This document shows positions 17,355 through 25,990 of a stretch of 38,379 nucleotides of DNA, piece by piece. Within the stretch, counting starts at the first letter, position 1. The number at the start of each line of letters is the position of its first letter. The notes beneath the pieces are model-generated. The model was given only the letters and a program-made list of their open reading frames with translations. It searched no databases and was not told the DNA's origin. Source of the DNA: Patescibacteria group bacterium (GTDB lineage: Bacteria; Patescibacteriota; Patescibacteriia; GWA2-47-26); contig JBBTTG010000037.1 of NCBI GenBank assembly GCA_038064355.1, positions 1 to 38,379 of the forward strand, given 5' to 3'. Made by a program: the position numbers and the translations under genes.

Positions 17355-17523
17355 GCACATAATGGGCGGCTATCTGAAGTTTTTGGAGCTGCCGCAGGCG
17401 AGCGACAAAAATTTAGGATAGCCGTGAGTTGTGCGATGTCGCGAAGCGACGAGTACAACGAGCGGGAACCGCCGCCCATTGTGCAAAGAGCGAAGCGATT
17501 TTGCACAACTCGTTCTTATGCGA
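17355..17523. repeat. Multi-hairpin intergenic repeat element
   Basis: aatgggcggc (17361) pairs with gccgcccatt (17471); cggctatc/gatagccg; ttgtgcaaa/tttgcacaa; loops carry recurring GCGAAGCGA-like motifs. Confidence 0.6.
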
Positions 17524-17629
17524 TATTGAGGTACTTCGCATACGAAAATTTGTGGGCTATGCAGAGTTATTATAGCATCAAAACGATAGAAAGCTATCTT
17601 CATTGTCATGGAGAGAAATAATAGCATAA

Positions 17630-17668
17630 ATATAAAACCGCCCAAGTGCTGGGCGGGCGGTTTTATAT
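17630..17668 (-). terminator. Intrinsic terminator after the mraZ-rsmH-ftsL operon
   Basis: atataaaaccgccc...gggcggttttatat 14-bp inverted repeat. Confidence 0.7.
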
Positions 17669-17688
17669 CTCCTTTGAAAAGAACAGTT

Positions 17689-18042
17689 TTATCTCAAAAC
17701 CACCACACCGGTCGTCGGACTCAAGTAACGCACCTCTTTCGCAGTCACCATCCCCATCCTTTTTGCCGCCTCATCAAACACCTTTGGCGACGAAAGACTT
17801 GCGATCTCCAAATTCAACTTTTGATTTTCCCGCTTAAGCTCTGTAATGCGTTTATCTAATTTCTTCATATGGTAGCCGCGTGTGGAGGCGCTTGAGAAAG
17901 TAACCACATTAGCCACGATAGCAAGCACGAAAAATACTCCAAAGAAAATATTCCAACCATTGCTCCCGCGCGACAAGAGCTCGCTCGGGCGCAAGCGGCG
18001 CAGGCTGTGATGAATGTTGGTCAGTGACAAAAACTTTGACAT
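17689..18042 (-). CDS. ftsL: FtsL-like cell division protein
   Basis: Single TM helix, coiled coil (ITELKRENQKLNLEIASLSS) and AAKRMGM; follows rsmH. Confidence 0.75.
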   Translation of the reverse strand: MSKFLSLTNIHHSLRRLRPSELLSRGSNGWNIFFGVFFVLAIVANVVTFSSASTRGYHMKKLDKRITELKRENQKLNLEIASLSSPKVFDEAAKRMGMVTAKEVRYLSPTTGVVVLR

Positions 18043-18059
18043 ATTCCCCCTTGATAACG

Positions 18060-18971
18060 TTAAGCGAGTTTTTCAACAACTCGTAATTTAGCACTCCTCG
18101 CGCGCGGATTCTCGGCAATCTCCTGCTCCGACGCGGGAATGGGCCTTTTGGTTAAAATCTTCAGTGATTTTTTGTCTTCACCCTTAAAAAAGTGCTTGAC
18201 AATCCGATCCTCGAGCGAATGAAAGGTGATCACCGCGAGCCTGCCGCCTGGAGCCAAAACTTCAATCGCTTCGGGGAGCGTCTCTTGGATATTCGCCAAT
18301 TCCTCGTTGACCGCAATCCGCAGGGCCTGAAAAACCCGTGTCGCCGGATGAAGCCCGCCGATCCACGGAATTTTTTTCTTGCTCTTCAGCTTCTGCCGGT
18401 AGACCTCAAGCACCACCTCCGATAGCTCGAGCGTCCGAATTATACGGCTTTTACGCCGAGCACCAACAATGGCTCGGGCGATAAGGGAAGCGAGTTTCTC
18501 CTCGCCGTATTCGCGGAAAATCATCTCCAGCTCCTCGGTACTGGCGCCATTCACTATATCCGCCGCCGTTTGGCGCTCTTCCCCCACGTTGAAGCGCATA
18601 TCAAGCGGCTCGTCTTTTTCAAACGAGAACCCCCGCCCACGCTCCAGCGTTGAAGAAGAAAAACCGAGATCAAGCAATATTCCTCGCACCGGCCCAAACT
18701 TTCGCTCCGCCACCACGCTGGCAATTTCCTTAAAATTCGCATTCACGATCACAAATCCATCCCCCACTTTTGACTTTTCAATTTTCACTTCACACTCCGC
18801 CACCGCGACGGGGTCCCAATCCAACCCAAGCACCTTGCCCCCGGGCGCACTCCTCTCCACAATCGCCATCGCGTGTCCTCCATCCCCCAACGTTCCATCA
18901 ACGAAACGATCACCCGGTTTTGGATCCAGATATTCCAACACCTCTTTCATCATCACCGGGACATGGGACAT
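18060..18971 (-). CDS. rsmH: 16S rRNA m4C1402 methyltransferase
   Basis: HVPVMMKEV, DGTLGDGGH, DLGFSS, PLDMR, HPATRVFQALRIAVNEEL, FHSLEDRIVK, NPRARSAKLR. Confidence 0.98.
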   Translation of the reverse strand: MSHVPVMMKEVLEYLDPKPGDRFVDGTLGDGGHAMAIVERSAPGGKVLGLDWDPVAVAECEVKIEKSKVGDGFVIVNANFKEIASVVAERKFGPVRGILLDLGFSSSTLERGRGFSFEKDEPLDMRFNVGEERQTAADIVNGASTEELEMIFREYGEEKLASLIARAIVGARRKSRIIRTLELSEVVLEVYRQKLKSKKKIPWIGGLHPATRVFQALRIAVNEELANIQETLPEAIEVLAPGGRLAVITFHSLEDRIVKHFFKGEDKKSLKILTKRPIPASEQEIAENPRARSAKLRVVEKLA

Positions 18972-18974
18972 ACC

Positions 18975-19406
18975 CTATATCCCAAACTCCTTCAAATCAG
19001 TGGCATTCTCACCCATCTGCTCCATGCCGCTCATCTGGTAGGAATCCCAGCGCGTCTTGTCCCAAATCTCAATCCTTCCTCCCGCGCCGATCACAACGGC
19101 CTGTTTTTTCAGCCCGGCATGATCCGCGAGGTACTCGGGAACGAGTGCCCGCCCAAGCACATCTAAATCCACTTCCACCGCTCCGGACAACAAAAGACGA
19201 GCGAAATTTCTCGCGCTCGCCTGACTCATCGGCAATCGGTTCAATTTTTCGGAAAACTCGACCCATGCGGTCTGTGTATACACAAACAAGCACTGATCCA
19301 AACCGCGCGTAACAATAACCGTCTTCCCGAGCTCCTCCCGCATCTTGGCGGGCATGGGCAGGCGACGCTTGGCATCCATGTTCATCTCGTATTTTCCGAT
19401 AAACAT
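18975..19406 (-). CDS. mraZ: Transcriptional regulator MraZ
   Basis: MFIGKY..MDAKRRL.MP, TRGLDQCL, DVLGRALVP, IEIWD. Confidence 0.96.
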   Translation of the reverse strand: MFIGKYEMNMDAKRRLPMPAKMREELGKTVIVTRGLDQCLFVYTQTAWVEFSEKLNRLPMSQASARNFARLLLSGAVEVDLDVLGRALVPEYLADHAGLKKQAVVIGAGGRIEIWDKTRWDSYQMSGMEQMGENATDLKEFGI

Positions 19407-19457
19407 ACGGAAATTCTCGAAATCCCGGGGTGAATAAATAGGCGTGGATGGTGGGAG

Positions 19458-19498
19458 TTATCCACATTTATCCACAGACTTATCCACTTTCCCCCACT
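19458..19498 (-). promoter_or_regulatory. GTGG repeats (putative MraZ operator), two of which are perfect DnaA boxes
   Basis: CCAC cores at 19462, 19472, 19484 and 19494 (spacing 10/12/10); TTATCCACA at 19458 and 19468, TTATCCACT at 19480; located between the promoter and mraZ. Confidence 0.7.
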
Positions 19499-19517
19499 TC
19501 TAAAGAGTTACGAAGGT

Positions 19518-19546
19518 ATTATAGGACAAAATCTCCCACTGGTCAA
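19518..19546 (-). promoter_or_regulatory. Sigma70 promoter of the mraZ operon
   Basis: TTGACC-17 bp-TATAAT. Confidence 0.75.
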
Positions 19547-19735
19547 AGTTGGTCAAATCTCATTCAAAAACAAAAAAATTCCGCTCAACAAAGCGGAAAC
19601 ACTACTGAAACTCTCCCGAAGAAATCGACTTTATCCACAATCGCCTACTCCTGCTCGAGGATTTCCTTACGCGTCATCTCGGCGCCGCTTGAAGAGCCAC
19701 AGGCGCTACGAGCAAGAAGGAACAGGATAATTTTG

Positions 19736-21094
19736 TCAACCCCTTCCAAGGAAGTCCGTACTCCTCCGTTTCCGATGATAAGCCACGGCAAAACGATGGG
19801 CTTCGTCGCGGGCGCGCAAGAGCAAATCTTTGTGGTTTTCAACAATGCGTGCGAGATCGGGATTGCCCCCGCTATACACCGGACGATCCTGCTTGCGCTT
19901 AAAACCCTTGGCGATACCAATCACCGGCACATCAATCTTATATTCCGCAAGCGCACTCATCGCCGTGCGCACCTGCCCCACCCCGCCGTCGATGACCAGC
20001 AGTTCCGGCATCGGCCACTCCGATTGCTTCGCCCTTTTGAATCGACGACTCAATACTTCGCGCATCATCGCCACGTCATTGATGCCGGAAACAGTTTTGA
20101 TTTTAAATTTGCGATATTCGGACTTGGCCGGTTCTCCTCCTTCAAACACCACCATGCTTCCCACAGCCGAGGTTCCACTGATATTCGAAATATCATACCC
20201 TTCGATCCGGCCGAAAATATTGATGCGCTCTTGAGCTCTGTGGTGATTGGGTTCGCGAGTGAGCACCGCAGTGTCACGGATGTGACACAGAGAAAAAAGC
20301 TGCCGTTTCAAGGCTTCCGCCTCCTCGAATTTTTCTTTTTTTGCGACATTCTTCATCCTCGATTCCACATCCTTCATCACTTGAGCTTTCTTACCCTCAA
20401 AAAATAACACAAGCGGACGGATCACCTGCCGGCGATATTCAGGAGGACGTATGGCACCGATGCAAATGCCCGGGCATTGGCCGAGATGATAATAGAAACA
20501 GGGACGACTGATTGTGTCATTGCGAGGAGCATGCGACGAAGCAATCCCGTCTCTTGCTGAAATGAGATCGCCACGTCCGCCTGGGCGGACTCGCGATGAC
20601 AAAAAGGGCGGCGCCGGGCAATTACTCCAGTGAAAAATCCGTCGCAATATCCGCAGAGCCGCACGCACAGCGGAAGCGCTGGTGAATGGACCGAAAATCC
20701 GAGATTTGGTCTGGGATTCATATATCTTGATCTCTTGCCCTCGCGCAAGAAGCACTTTCGGATAGATATCAGCCGTAATCACAACAGAGAGAAAACTTTT
20801 ATCGTCCTGCTCTCGGACATTGTATTTCGGGTGTAATTTTTTGATGAGTTTCGCCTCGAGGATCAACGCCTCGAGCGCCGAAGGGGTCAGCTGATAATCA
20901 ATGGATCGGATTTCTGAAACCAAAAGCGATATGCGCACGTCTTGCGGACGGTTGAAATATGAAGATACCCGTGTCTTGAGCGACGCGGCCTTGCCCACAT
21001 AGATCACCGTGCCACGAACATCCTTCATGAGATATACGCCCGGCCGCGGCGGTAATTTTCCCTCACGAATTTTTACACCTCGCATGATTGACAT
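19736..21094 (-). CDS. uvrC: Excinuclease ABC subunit C (short form without C-terminal HhH)
   Basis: PGVYLM..IYVGKA (GIY-YIG), PKYN, Cys-rich motif, UVR helix FEEA, RIEGYDISNI, IDGG.GQ, RDEAHRFA. Confidence 0.93.
   Translation of the reverse strand: MSIMRGVKIREGKLPPRPGVYLMKDVRGTVIYVGKAASLKTRVSSYFNRPQDVRISLLVSEIRSIDYQLTPSALEALILEAKLIKKLHPKYNVREQDDKSFLSVVITADIYPKVLLARGQEIKIYESQTKSRIFGPFTSASAVRAALRILRRIFHWSNCPAPPFLSSRVRPGGRGDLISARDGIASSHAPRNDTISRPCFYYHLGQCPGICIGAIRPPEYRRQVIRPLVLFFEGKKAQVMKDVESRMKNVAKKEKFEEAEALKRQLFSLCHIRDTAVLTREPNHHRAQERINIFGRIEGYDISNISGTSAVGSMVVFEGGEPAKSEYRKFKIKTVSGINDVAMMREVLSRRFKRAKQSEWPMPELLVIDGGVGQVRTAMSALAEYKIDVPVIGIAKGFKRKQDRPVYSGGNPDLARIVENHKDLLLRARDEAHRFAVAYHRKRRSTDFLGRG
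20515..20601. repeat. 87-bp palindromic element in frame inside uvrC
   Basis: tgtcattgcgag...gaagcaatc...gagatcgccac gtccgcc tg ggcggac tcgcgatgaca; 29 codons with no stop in the uvrC frame. Confidence 0.88.
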
Positions 21095-21099
21095 GATAT

Positions 21100-23688
21100 C
21101 TATAAAACATGCTTAAGATACACCCCTGTTTTCGATCCTGCTTTTTTTGCCACCTCTTCCGGCGTGCCCGAGGCCACTACTCTGCCGCCCCCATCTCCTC
21201 CATCGGGCCCAAGATCAATAAGATAATCCGCGCACTTAATTACATCGAGATTATGCTCAATGACAATGACGCTGTTTCCGGTCGACACGAGCCGCTGGAG
21301 TACGTCCATGAGCTTGCGCACGTCATCATAATGCAAGCCCACCGTCGGCTCATCGAAAAGATACAGCGCCCGTGTATTGCGGCTGGCAAGCTCCGAGGCG
21401 AGCTTCACGCGCTGGGCCTCGCCGCCCGAAAGAGTGGTGGCGCTCTGACCGAGCTCAAGATACCCAAGCCCCACCTCGCGCATGATTTTGAGCCTATCAT
21501 GAATCGCCGGAATATCACGGAAAAAATCATCCGCTTCATCAATGGTCATCCCAAGTATCTGTGAGATATTTCTCCCTTTGAAGAGCACCTCCATGGTCTC
21601 CGCGTCAAACCGCCTACCCTTGCAGACATCGCAGGTCACCCAGACCGTCGGCAAGAAATGCATCTCAATCGCGAGTTGCCCATGCCCTTGGCAATGCTCA
21701 CAGCGCCCGCCGATGCCACCCGCGGAAACGGCGGCCACGTTAAAAGAAAAACGCCCGGGAGGATAATTCCTCATGCGTGCCTCCTCTGTGGCGGCAAAAA
21801 GATCGCGGACATGAGACCACGCGCCCGTATAGGTTGCAGGATTCGAACGAGGCGTGCGTCCAATGGGCGACTGATCAATATCCACCACACGATCAATATA
21901 CTCGAGACCGAGAATCATTTTATGCGCGCCGACTGTTTGCCGTGTGCGGTAAAGCTTGTTGGAAATCGCTTTGTAGATAATATCATCAAGCAGGGTGGAT
22001 TTTCCGGAGCCGGAAACTCCCGTCAGACACACGAACCGCCGCAATGGAATCTCGAGGTTGATATTTTTGAGATTATTCGCCGTAGCGCCGACTATCTTGA
22101 GCCGCTCCTTGGAATCCCCGCGACGCTTACCCGGTACGGGAATCTTTACCTCCCCGCGCAGATACTGAAGCGTCAGCGACGGATCGCCTTTAAATTTCGG
22201 GATTGGATTTTTTGGATTGAGGAACGCCGCGGTTTCTCCCTGCACCACAATATACCCTCCATGTTTGCCGGCGCCGGGTCCAAGATCCACGAAATAATCC
22301 GACGCCCTGATGGTCTCCTCGTCGTGTTCCACCACAATGACGGTATTCCCGATATCGCGCAACTCAAGAAGCGTCTGAATCAACTTCGCGTTATCGTGCT
22401 GATGCAATCCAATCGTCGGCTCATCGAGAACATACAAAGTGCCGGTCAGTCGCGAACCAAGCTGTGAAGCAAGGCGGATGCGTTGCGCCTCTCCGCCCGA
22501 AAGCGTGCCCGCCTTGCGATCGAGGGTGAGATAATCCAATCCTACGTCAAGCATGAATTTGATGCGCCCGGCGATCTCCCGCAAAACCGGAGTCGCAATC
22601 TCTCTTTCCACCTCTGTGAGTTTGAGTTCGGCAAAAAAAACACTCGTCTCGGCGATAGACGCCCGCGTAACATGGACGATACTTTTTCCATTGATAAGCA
22701 CGCGCAAAGACTCTTTGCGCAGGCGATCACCATTACAGACCTGGCACACTTTCTCGGAAAAAAGACTCTCTGTTCCAAGACCAGTACACGCCGGGCAATA
22801 GCCGTAGGGACTATTGAAAGAAAAAAGCCGCGGTTCTATTTCGGGAAAAGAAAAACCGTCATCCGGACACGAAAATTGCGAAGACATAACAAACTCTCCG
22901 CCATCCGGGAGAATGACCGTTACAACACCATGCCCTCGGGAGAGCGCTGACTCAAGCGCTTCGCCGAGATGCGAACGCATGGCTTTGTTGCCCTTGATTG
23001 GGTAACCCACGGGCACGCGATCCACGACGAGCTCAATCGTATGCTGCTTGTATCGCGAAAGCACGAGTCGCTCGCGCAGATTCTTTATCTTGCCGTCCAC
23101 GCGCACTTGCGCGAAACCACCATTATAGAGATCATAGAGCATTTGGTGATACTCCCCTTTTCTACCGCGCACGAGCGGCGCCAGGATCATGATCGTATCC
23201 ACAATCCCTTTTGCTTTCAAATTATCATTTTGAACTTTTAACTTTACCTCTTTCACTAAGCGATCGAAGATCGCGTCCGCCATCTCCTCCACTGTCATCT
23301 TGCGTATGGGTTTTTCGCACACCGGACAATGCGGCTTTCCGACACGGGCAAAAAGTACCCGCAGATAGTCATAAATCTCGGTGATGGTGGCGACCGTCGA
23401 GCGCGGATTGGCGCTGTGGGCTTTTTGGTCGATGGAAATCGCGGGGGAAAGCCCCTCAATCTCGTCTACATCCGGCTTATCCATCTTGCCCAAAAACTGC
23501 CGCGCGTAGGCCGAAAGCGATTCAATATAACGACGCTGTCCTTCGGCAAAAATCGTATCAAATGCCAAAGACGACTTTCCCGATCCGGAAAGTCCGGTAA
23601 ACACGATCATCTTATTGCGCGGCAACTCGAGAGAAATATTTTTCAAATTGTGCTCCCTGGCTCCGCGAATAATTATCTTGTCTTGCAT
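21100..23688 (-). CDS. uvrA: Excinuclease ABC subunit A
   Basis: [66 protein letters not shown], second LSGGEAQRV. Confidence 0.98.
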   Translation of the reverse strand: MQDKIIIRGAREHNLKNISLELPRNKMIVFTGLSGSGKSSLAFDTIFAEGQRRYIESLSAYARQFLGKMDKPDVDEIEGLSPAISIDQKAHSANPRSTVATITEIYDYLRVLFARVGKPHCPVCEKPIRKMTVEEMADAIFDRLVKEVKLKVQNDNLKAKGIVDTIMILAPLVRGRKGEYHQMLYDLYNGGFAQVRVDGKIKNLRERLVLSRYKQHTIELVVDRVPVGYPIKGNKAMRSHLGEALESALSRGHGVVTVILPDGGEFVMSSQFSCPDDGFSFPEIEPRLFSFNSPYGYCPACTGLGTESLFSEKVCQVCNGDRLRKESLRVLINGKSIVHVTRASIAETSVFFAELKLTEVEREIATPVLREIAGRIKFMLDVGLDYLTLDRKAGTLSGGEAQRIRLASQLGSRLTGTLYVLDEPTIGLHQHDNAKLIQTLLELRDIGNTVIVVEHDEETIRASDYFVDLGPGAGKHGGYIVVQGETAAFLNPKNPIPKFKGDPSLTLQYLRGEVKIPVPGKRRGDSKERLKIVGATANNLKNINLEIPLRRFVCLTGVSGSGKSTLLDDIIYKAISNKLYRTRQTVGAHKMILGLEYIDRVVDIDQSPIGRTPRSNPATYTGAWSHVRDLFAATEEARMRNYPPGRFSFNVAAVSAGGIGGRCEHCQGHGQLAIEMHFLPTVWVTCDVCKGRRFDAETMEVLFKGRNISQILGMTIDEADDFFRDIPAIHDRLKIMREVGLGYLELGQSATTLSGGEAQRVKLASELASRNTRALYLFDEPTVGLHYDDVRKLMDVLQRLVSTGNSVIVIEHNLDVIKCADYLIDLGPDGGDGGGRVVASGTPEEVAKKAGSKTGVYLKHVL

Positions 23689-23699
23689 AGAAACTTGCC

Positions 23700-23750
23700 G
23701 TCATCGCGAGGCCGAAGGCCGCGGCGATCCCGTTGATCCGCGAGATTGCC
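23700..23750. repeat. Partial palindromic element (same family as the uvrC insert) forming the uvrB 3' end
   Basis: gtcatcgcgagg ccgaagg ccgcggcgatc...gagattgcc; its TCA is the uvrB TGA stop on the minus strand. Confidence 0.7.
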
Positions 23751-25827
23751 TGCCGTGTTTTTTTAGCGCTTGTTTTAATATCTGAATTTCATCGCGCAAA
23801 AGGGCGGCAAGCTCAAACTCCAACTCATTCGCCGCCTTCTTCATCTGTGCCTCCTTTTCCTTCAAAATCGCTTCCACCGGTCGATCATCCACTGCGAGCT
23901 CAAGATTGAGCGCCTTGCCGGTTCTTCCGTTCTTCCGTTCGTGCGTTTTTTCGTCCTGCACAATCCCGAAATCCTCAAGAAGATTGCGCACCCGCTTCTT
24001 GATCGTCCGCGGCGTGATTCCATGCTTTTTATTATACTCAAGCTGGAGTTTTCGACGCCGTTCGGTTTCTCCCACCGCGCGCTTGATAGACCCCGTCATC
24101 ACGTCGGCATAGAGCACCACCTGCCCGTGCACATTACGCGCCGCGCGACCAATGGTTTGTATGAGTGAAGTTTCCGAACGCAAAAACCCTTCTTTGTCCG
24201 CATCAAGAATAGCCACCAACGATACCTCCGGCAAATCCAAACCTTCGCGTAAAAGATTCACCCCCACCAGCACGTCGAAAGTTCCTTTTCGAAACTCCAT
24301 AAGAGTGGTGATACGATCCAGGGTATCCACCTCACTGTGGAGATATCGCGCTTTGATCTTAAGCTCCGCAAGATACGATGATAAATCCTCCGCCATCTTC
24401 TTGGTAAGCGTCGTCACAATCACGCGCTCTTTTTGCTTCACGCGTCCCCGTATGCGCTCAATCACATCGTCAATTTGGGACTTCATAACGCCCCCTTCTC
24501 CCCCTCTTACCTTAAGAGGGGGTCGGGGGGAGTTACTTCCGCCGGTTATCGGCGCAATAATAATCTCCGGATCCACGAGTCCGGTCGGACGAATCACCTG
24601 TTCCACCACCTGCTTGCTGTGCTCCAGCTCATACCGCCCCGGCGTCGCCGATAGATAAATCATCTGCGGCATGCGCGCTTCAAACTCCGTAAACTTGAGT
24701 GGGCGATTGTCCATTGCCGATGGCAATCGGAATCCGTATTCCACAAGCGTTTTTTTGCGGGCCTTGTCCCCCTCATACATGCCGCCCACCTGTGGAATAG
24801 TCACATGCGACTCATCCACCACCAAAAGCCAATCCGATCCGTTATTCTTGGAAAAATACTCCAAAAGCGTTTGCGGCGGGGCTCCCGGCGCGCGGCCTTC
24901 AAAATGACGGGAATAATTTTCAACGCCATGACAATATCCGACTTCTTTGATCATTTCAAGATCAAAACGCGTCCTCCGCTCGAGCCGTTCAATTTCAAGC
25001 AGTTTCCCCACTTTTTGAAAATACCCCAGCTGTTCCTTGAGTTCCGTTCGGATATCGCGCAATGCCCTGTCCACCTCGGGCTTTGGCGTAACAAAGTGCT
25101 TGGTAGGAAAAAGAAGAATGCGCGACAAGTCTTCTCGCACCTTCCGACTCACCGGATCCGTCTCCTCTATCCTGCGCACCTCCTGCCCAACCATCTCAAT
25201 GCGATAGATGGTGTTAAAATGCGGGGGCATAATCTCAAGCACCTGGCCGCGCAAACGAAACGTTCCGCGCGTGAGATCGCTTTGCGTGCGCGCGTACTGC
25301 ATAAAAACGAGCGTCCGCAGGATATCCGTGCGCAAGAGCGTCTGCCCGCGTTCAATGGCAAAGGATGCCCGCTCATACCATTCCGGCGAGCCGATACTGT
25401 AGATGCACGACACCGATGCCACCACGATTACGTCCTTACGCGTGAGAAGCGATTGGGTGGCCGCGTGCCGCAAACGGTCAATCTCCTCATTGATCATGGA
25501 TTCTTTATCAATATAGGTATCCGTACGCGGCAAATAGGCCTCGGGCTGATAGTAGTCGTAGTAGGAAACAAAATAGGATACCTGATTCTCGGGAAAAAAC
25601 TCTCGGAACTCTTGACAGAGCTGGGCGGCAAGCGTCTTATTGTGCGCGATGACAAGCGTCGGCCGCTGGACTTTTTGAATCACCTGAGCGACGGTAAACG
25701 TCTTGCCGGATCCGGTTACGCCAAGCAGGGTCTGGTGATCCAAACCCTTTTGTAGTCCATCCGTCAGTTTCTCAATCGCCTGCGGTTGATCGCCGGCGGG
25801 CTTCATCTTTGTCTGGAGTTTGAACAT
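23701..25827 (-). CDS. uvrB: Excinuclease ABC subunit B
   Basis: [74 protein letters not shown]. Start set at MFKLQT. Confidence 0.98.
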   Translation of the reverse strand: MFKLQTKMKPAGDQPQAIEKLTDGLQKGLDHQTLLGVTGSGKTFTVAQVIQKVQRPTLVIAHNKTLAAQLCQEFREFFPENQVSYFVSYYDYYQPEAYLPRTDTYIDKESMINEEIDRLRHAATQSLLTRKDVIVVASVSCIYSIGSPEWYERASFAIERGQTLLRTDILRTLVFMQYARTQSDLTRGTFRLRGQVLEIMPPHFNTIYRIEMVGQEVRRIEETDPVSRKVREDLSRILLFPTKHFVTPKPEVDRALRDIRTELKEQLGYFQKVGKLLEIERLERRTRFDLEMIKEVGYCHGVENYSRHFEGRAPGAPPQTLLEYFSKNNGSDWLLVVDESHVTIPQVGGMYEGDKARKKTLVEYGFRLPSAMDNRPLKFTEFEARMPQMIYLSATPGRYELEHSKQVVEQVIRPTGLVDPEIIIAPITGGSNSPRPPLKVRGGEGGVMKSQIDDVIERIRGRVKQKERVIVTTLTKKMAEDLSSYLAELKIKARYLHSEVDTLDRITTLMEFRKGTFDVLVGVNLLREGLDLPEVSLVAILDADKEGFLRSETSLIQTIGRAARNVHGQVVLYADVMTGSIKRAVGETERRRKLQLEYNKKHGITPRTIKKRVRNLLEDFGIVQDEKTHERKNGRTGKALNLELAVDDRPVEAILKEKEAQMKKAANELEFELAALLRDEIQILKQALKKHGRQSRGSTGSPRPSASR
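24486..24535. repeat. 50-bp palindrome in frame inside uvrB
   Basis: taac gccccc ttct ccccctctta cct taagaggggg tc gggggg a gtta; encodes [16 protein letters not shown]. Confidence 0.85.
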
Positions 25828-25990
25828 AGCATAAATCGCCCCGTCGGGCGCTCGCCCTAGGGGGGGGTACAGAAATATCCTATCACGCAGGTACAAAATT
25901 GCAAATTCAAAACCGCTCTACTTTAACACCCTCTCCTGGCGCACTATCGACACAGTGCATTTTCTGTGATATGCTCTGAAATACTTTTCT

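Noticed and set aside
17370-17645. 91-aa ORF or integron gene cassette
   Set aside because: The ORF runs through the hairpin repeat and has no SD or recognisable motif; attC core triplets are non-canonical and no intI is present.
19444-19640. Replication origin (oriC) at the DnaA-box cluster
   Set aside because: No dnaA/dnaN nearby, no switch in gene orientation, no clear DUE, and the MraZ operator explains most boxes. Not fully excluded without genome-wide GC skew.
19448-20407. 319-aa plus-strand ORF
   Set aside because: Antisense to uvrC and crosses the mraZ promoter and operator.
25828-25896. N-terminal extension of UvrB in the ORF track (likewise the extended starts for typA, rplU, recR, dnaB, DUF192, the WecA-like gene and the methyltransferase)
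   Set aside because: Family homology begins at downstream ATGs, and the extensions overlap promoters, repeats or neighbouring genes.
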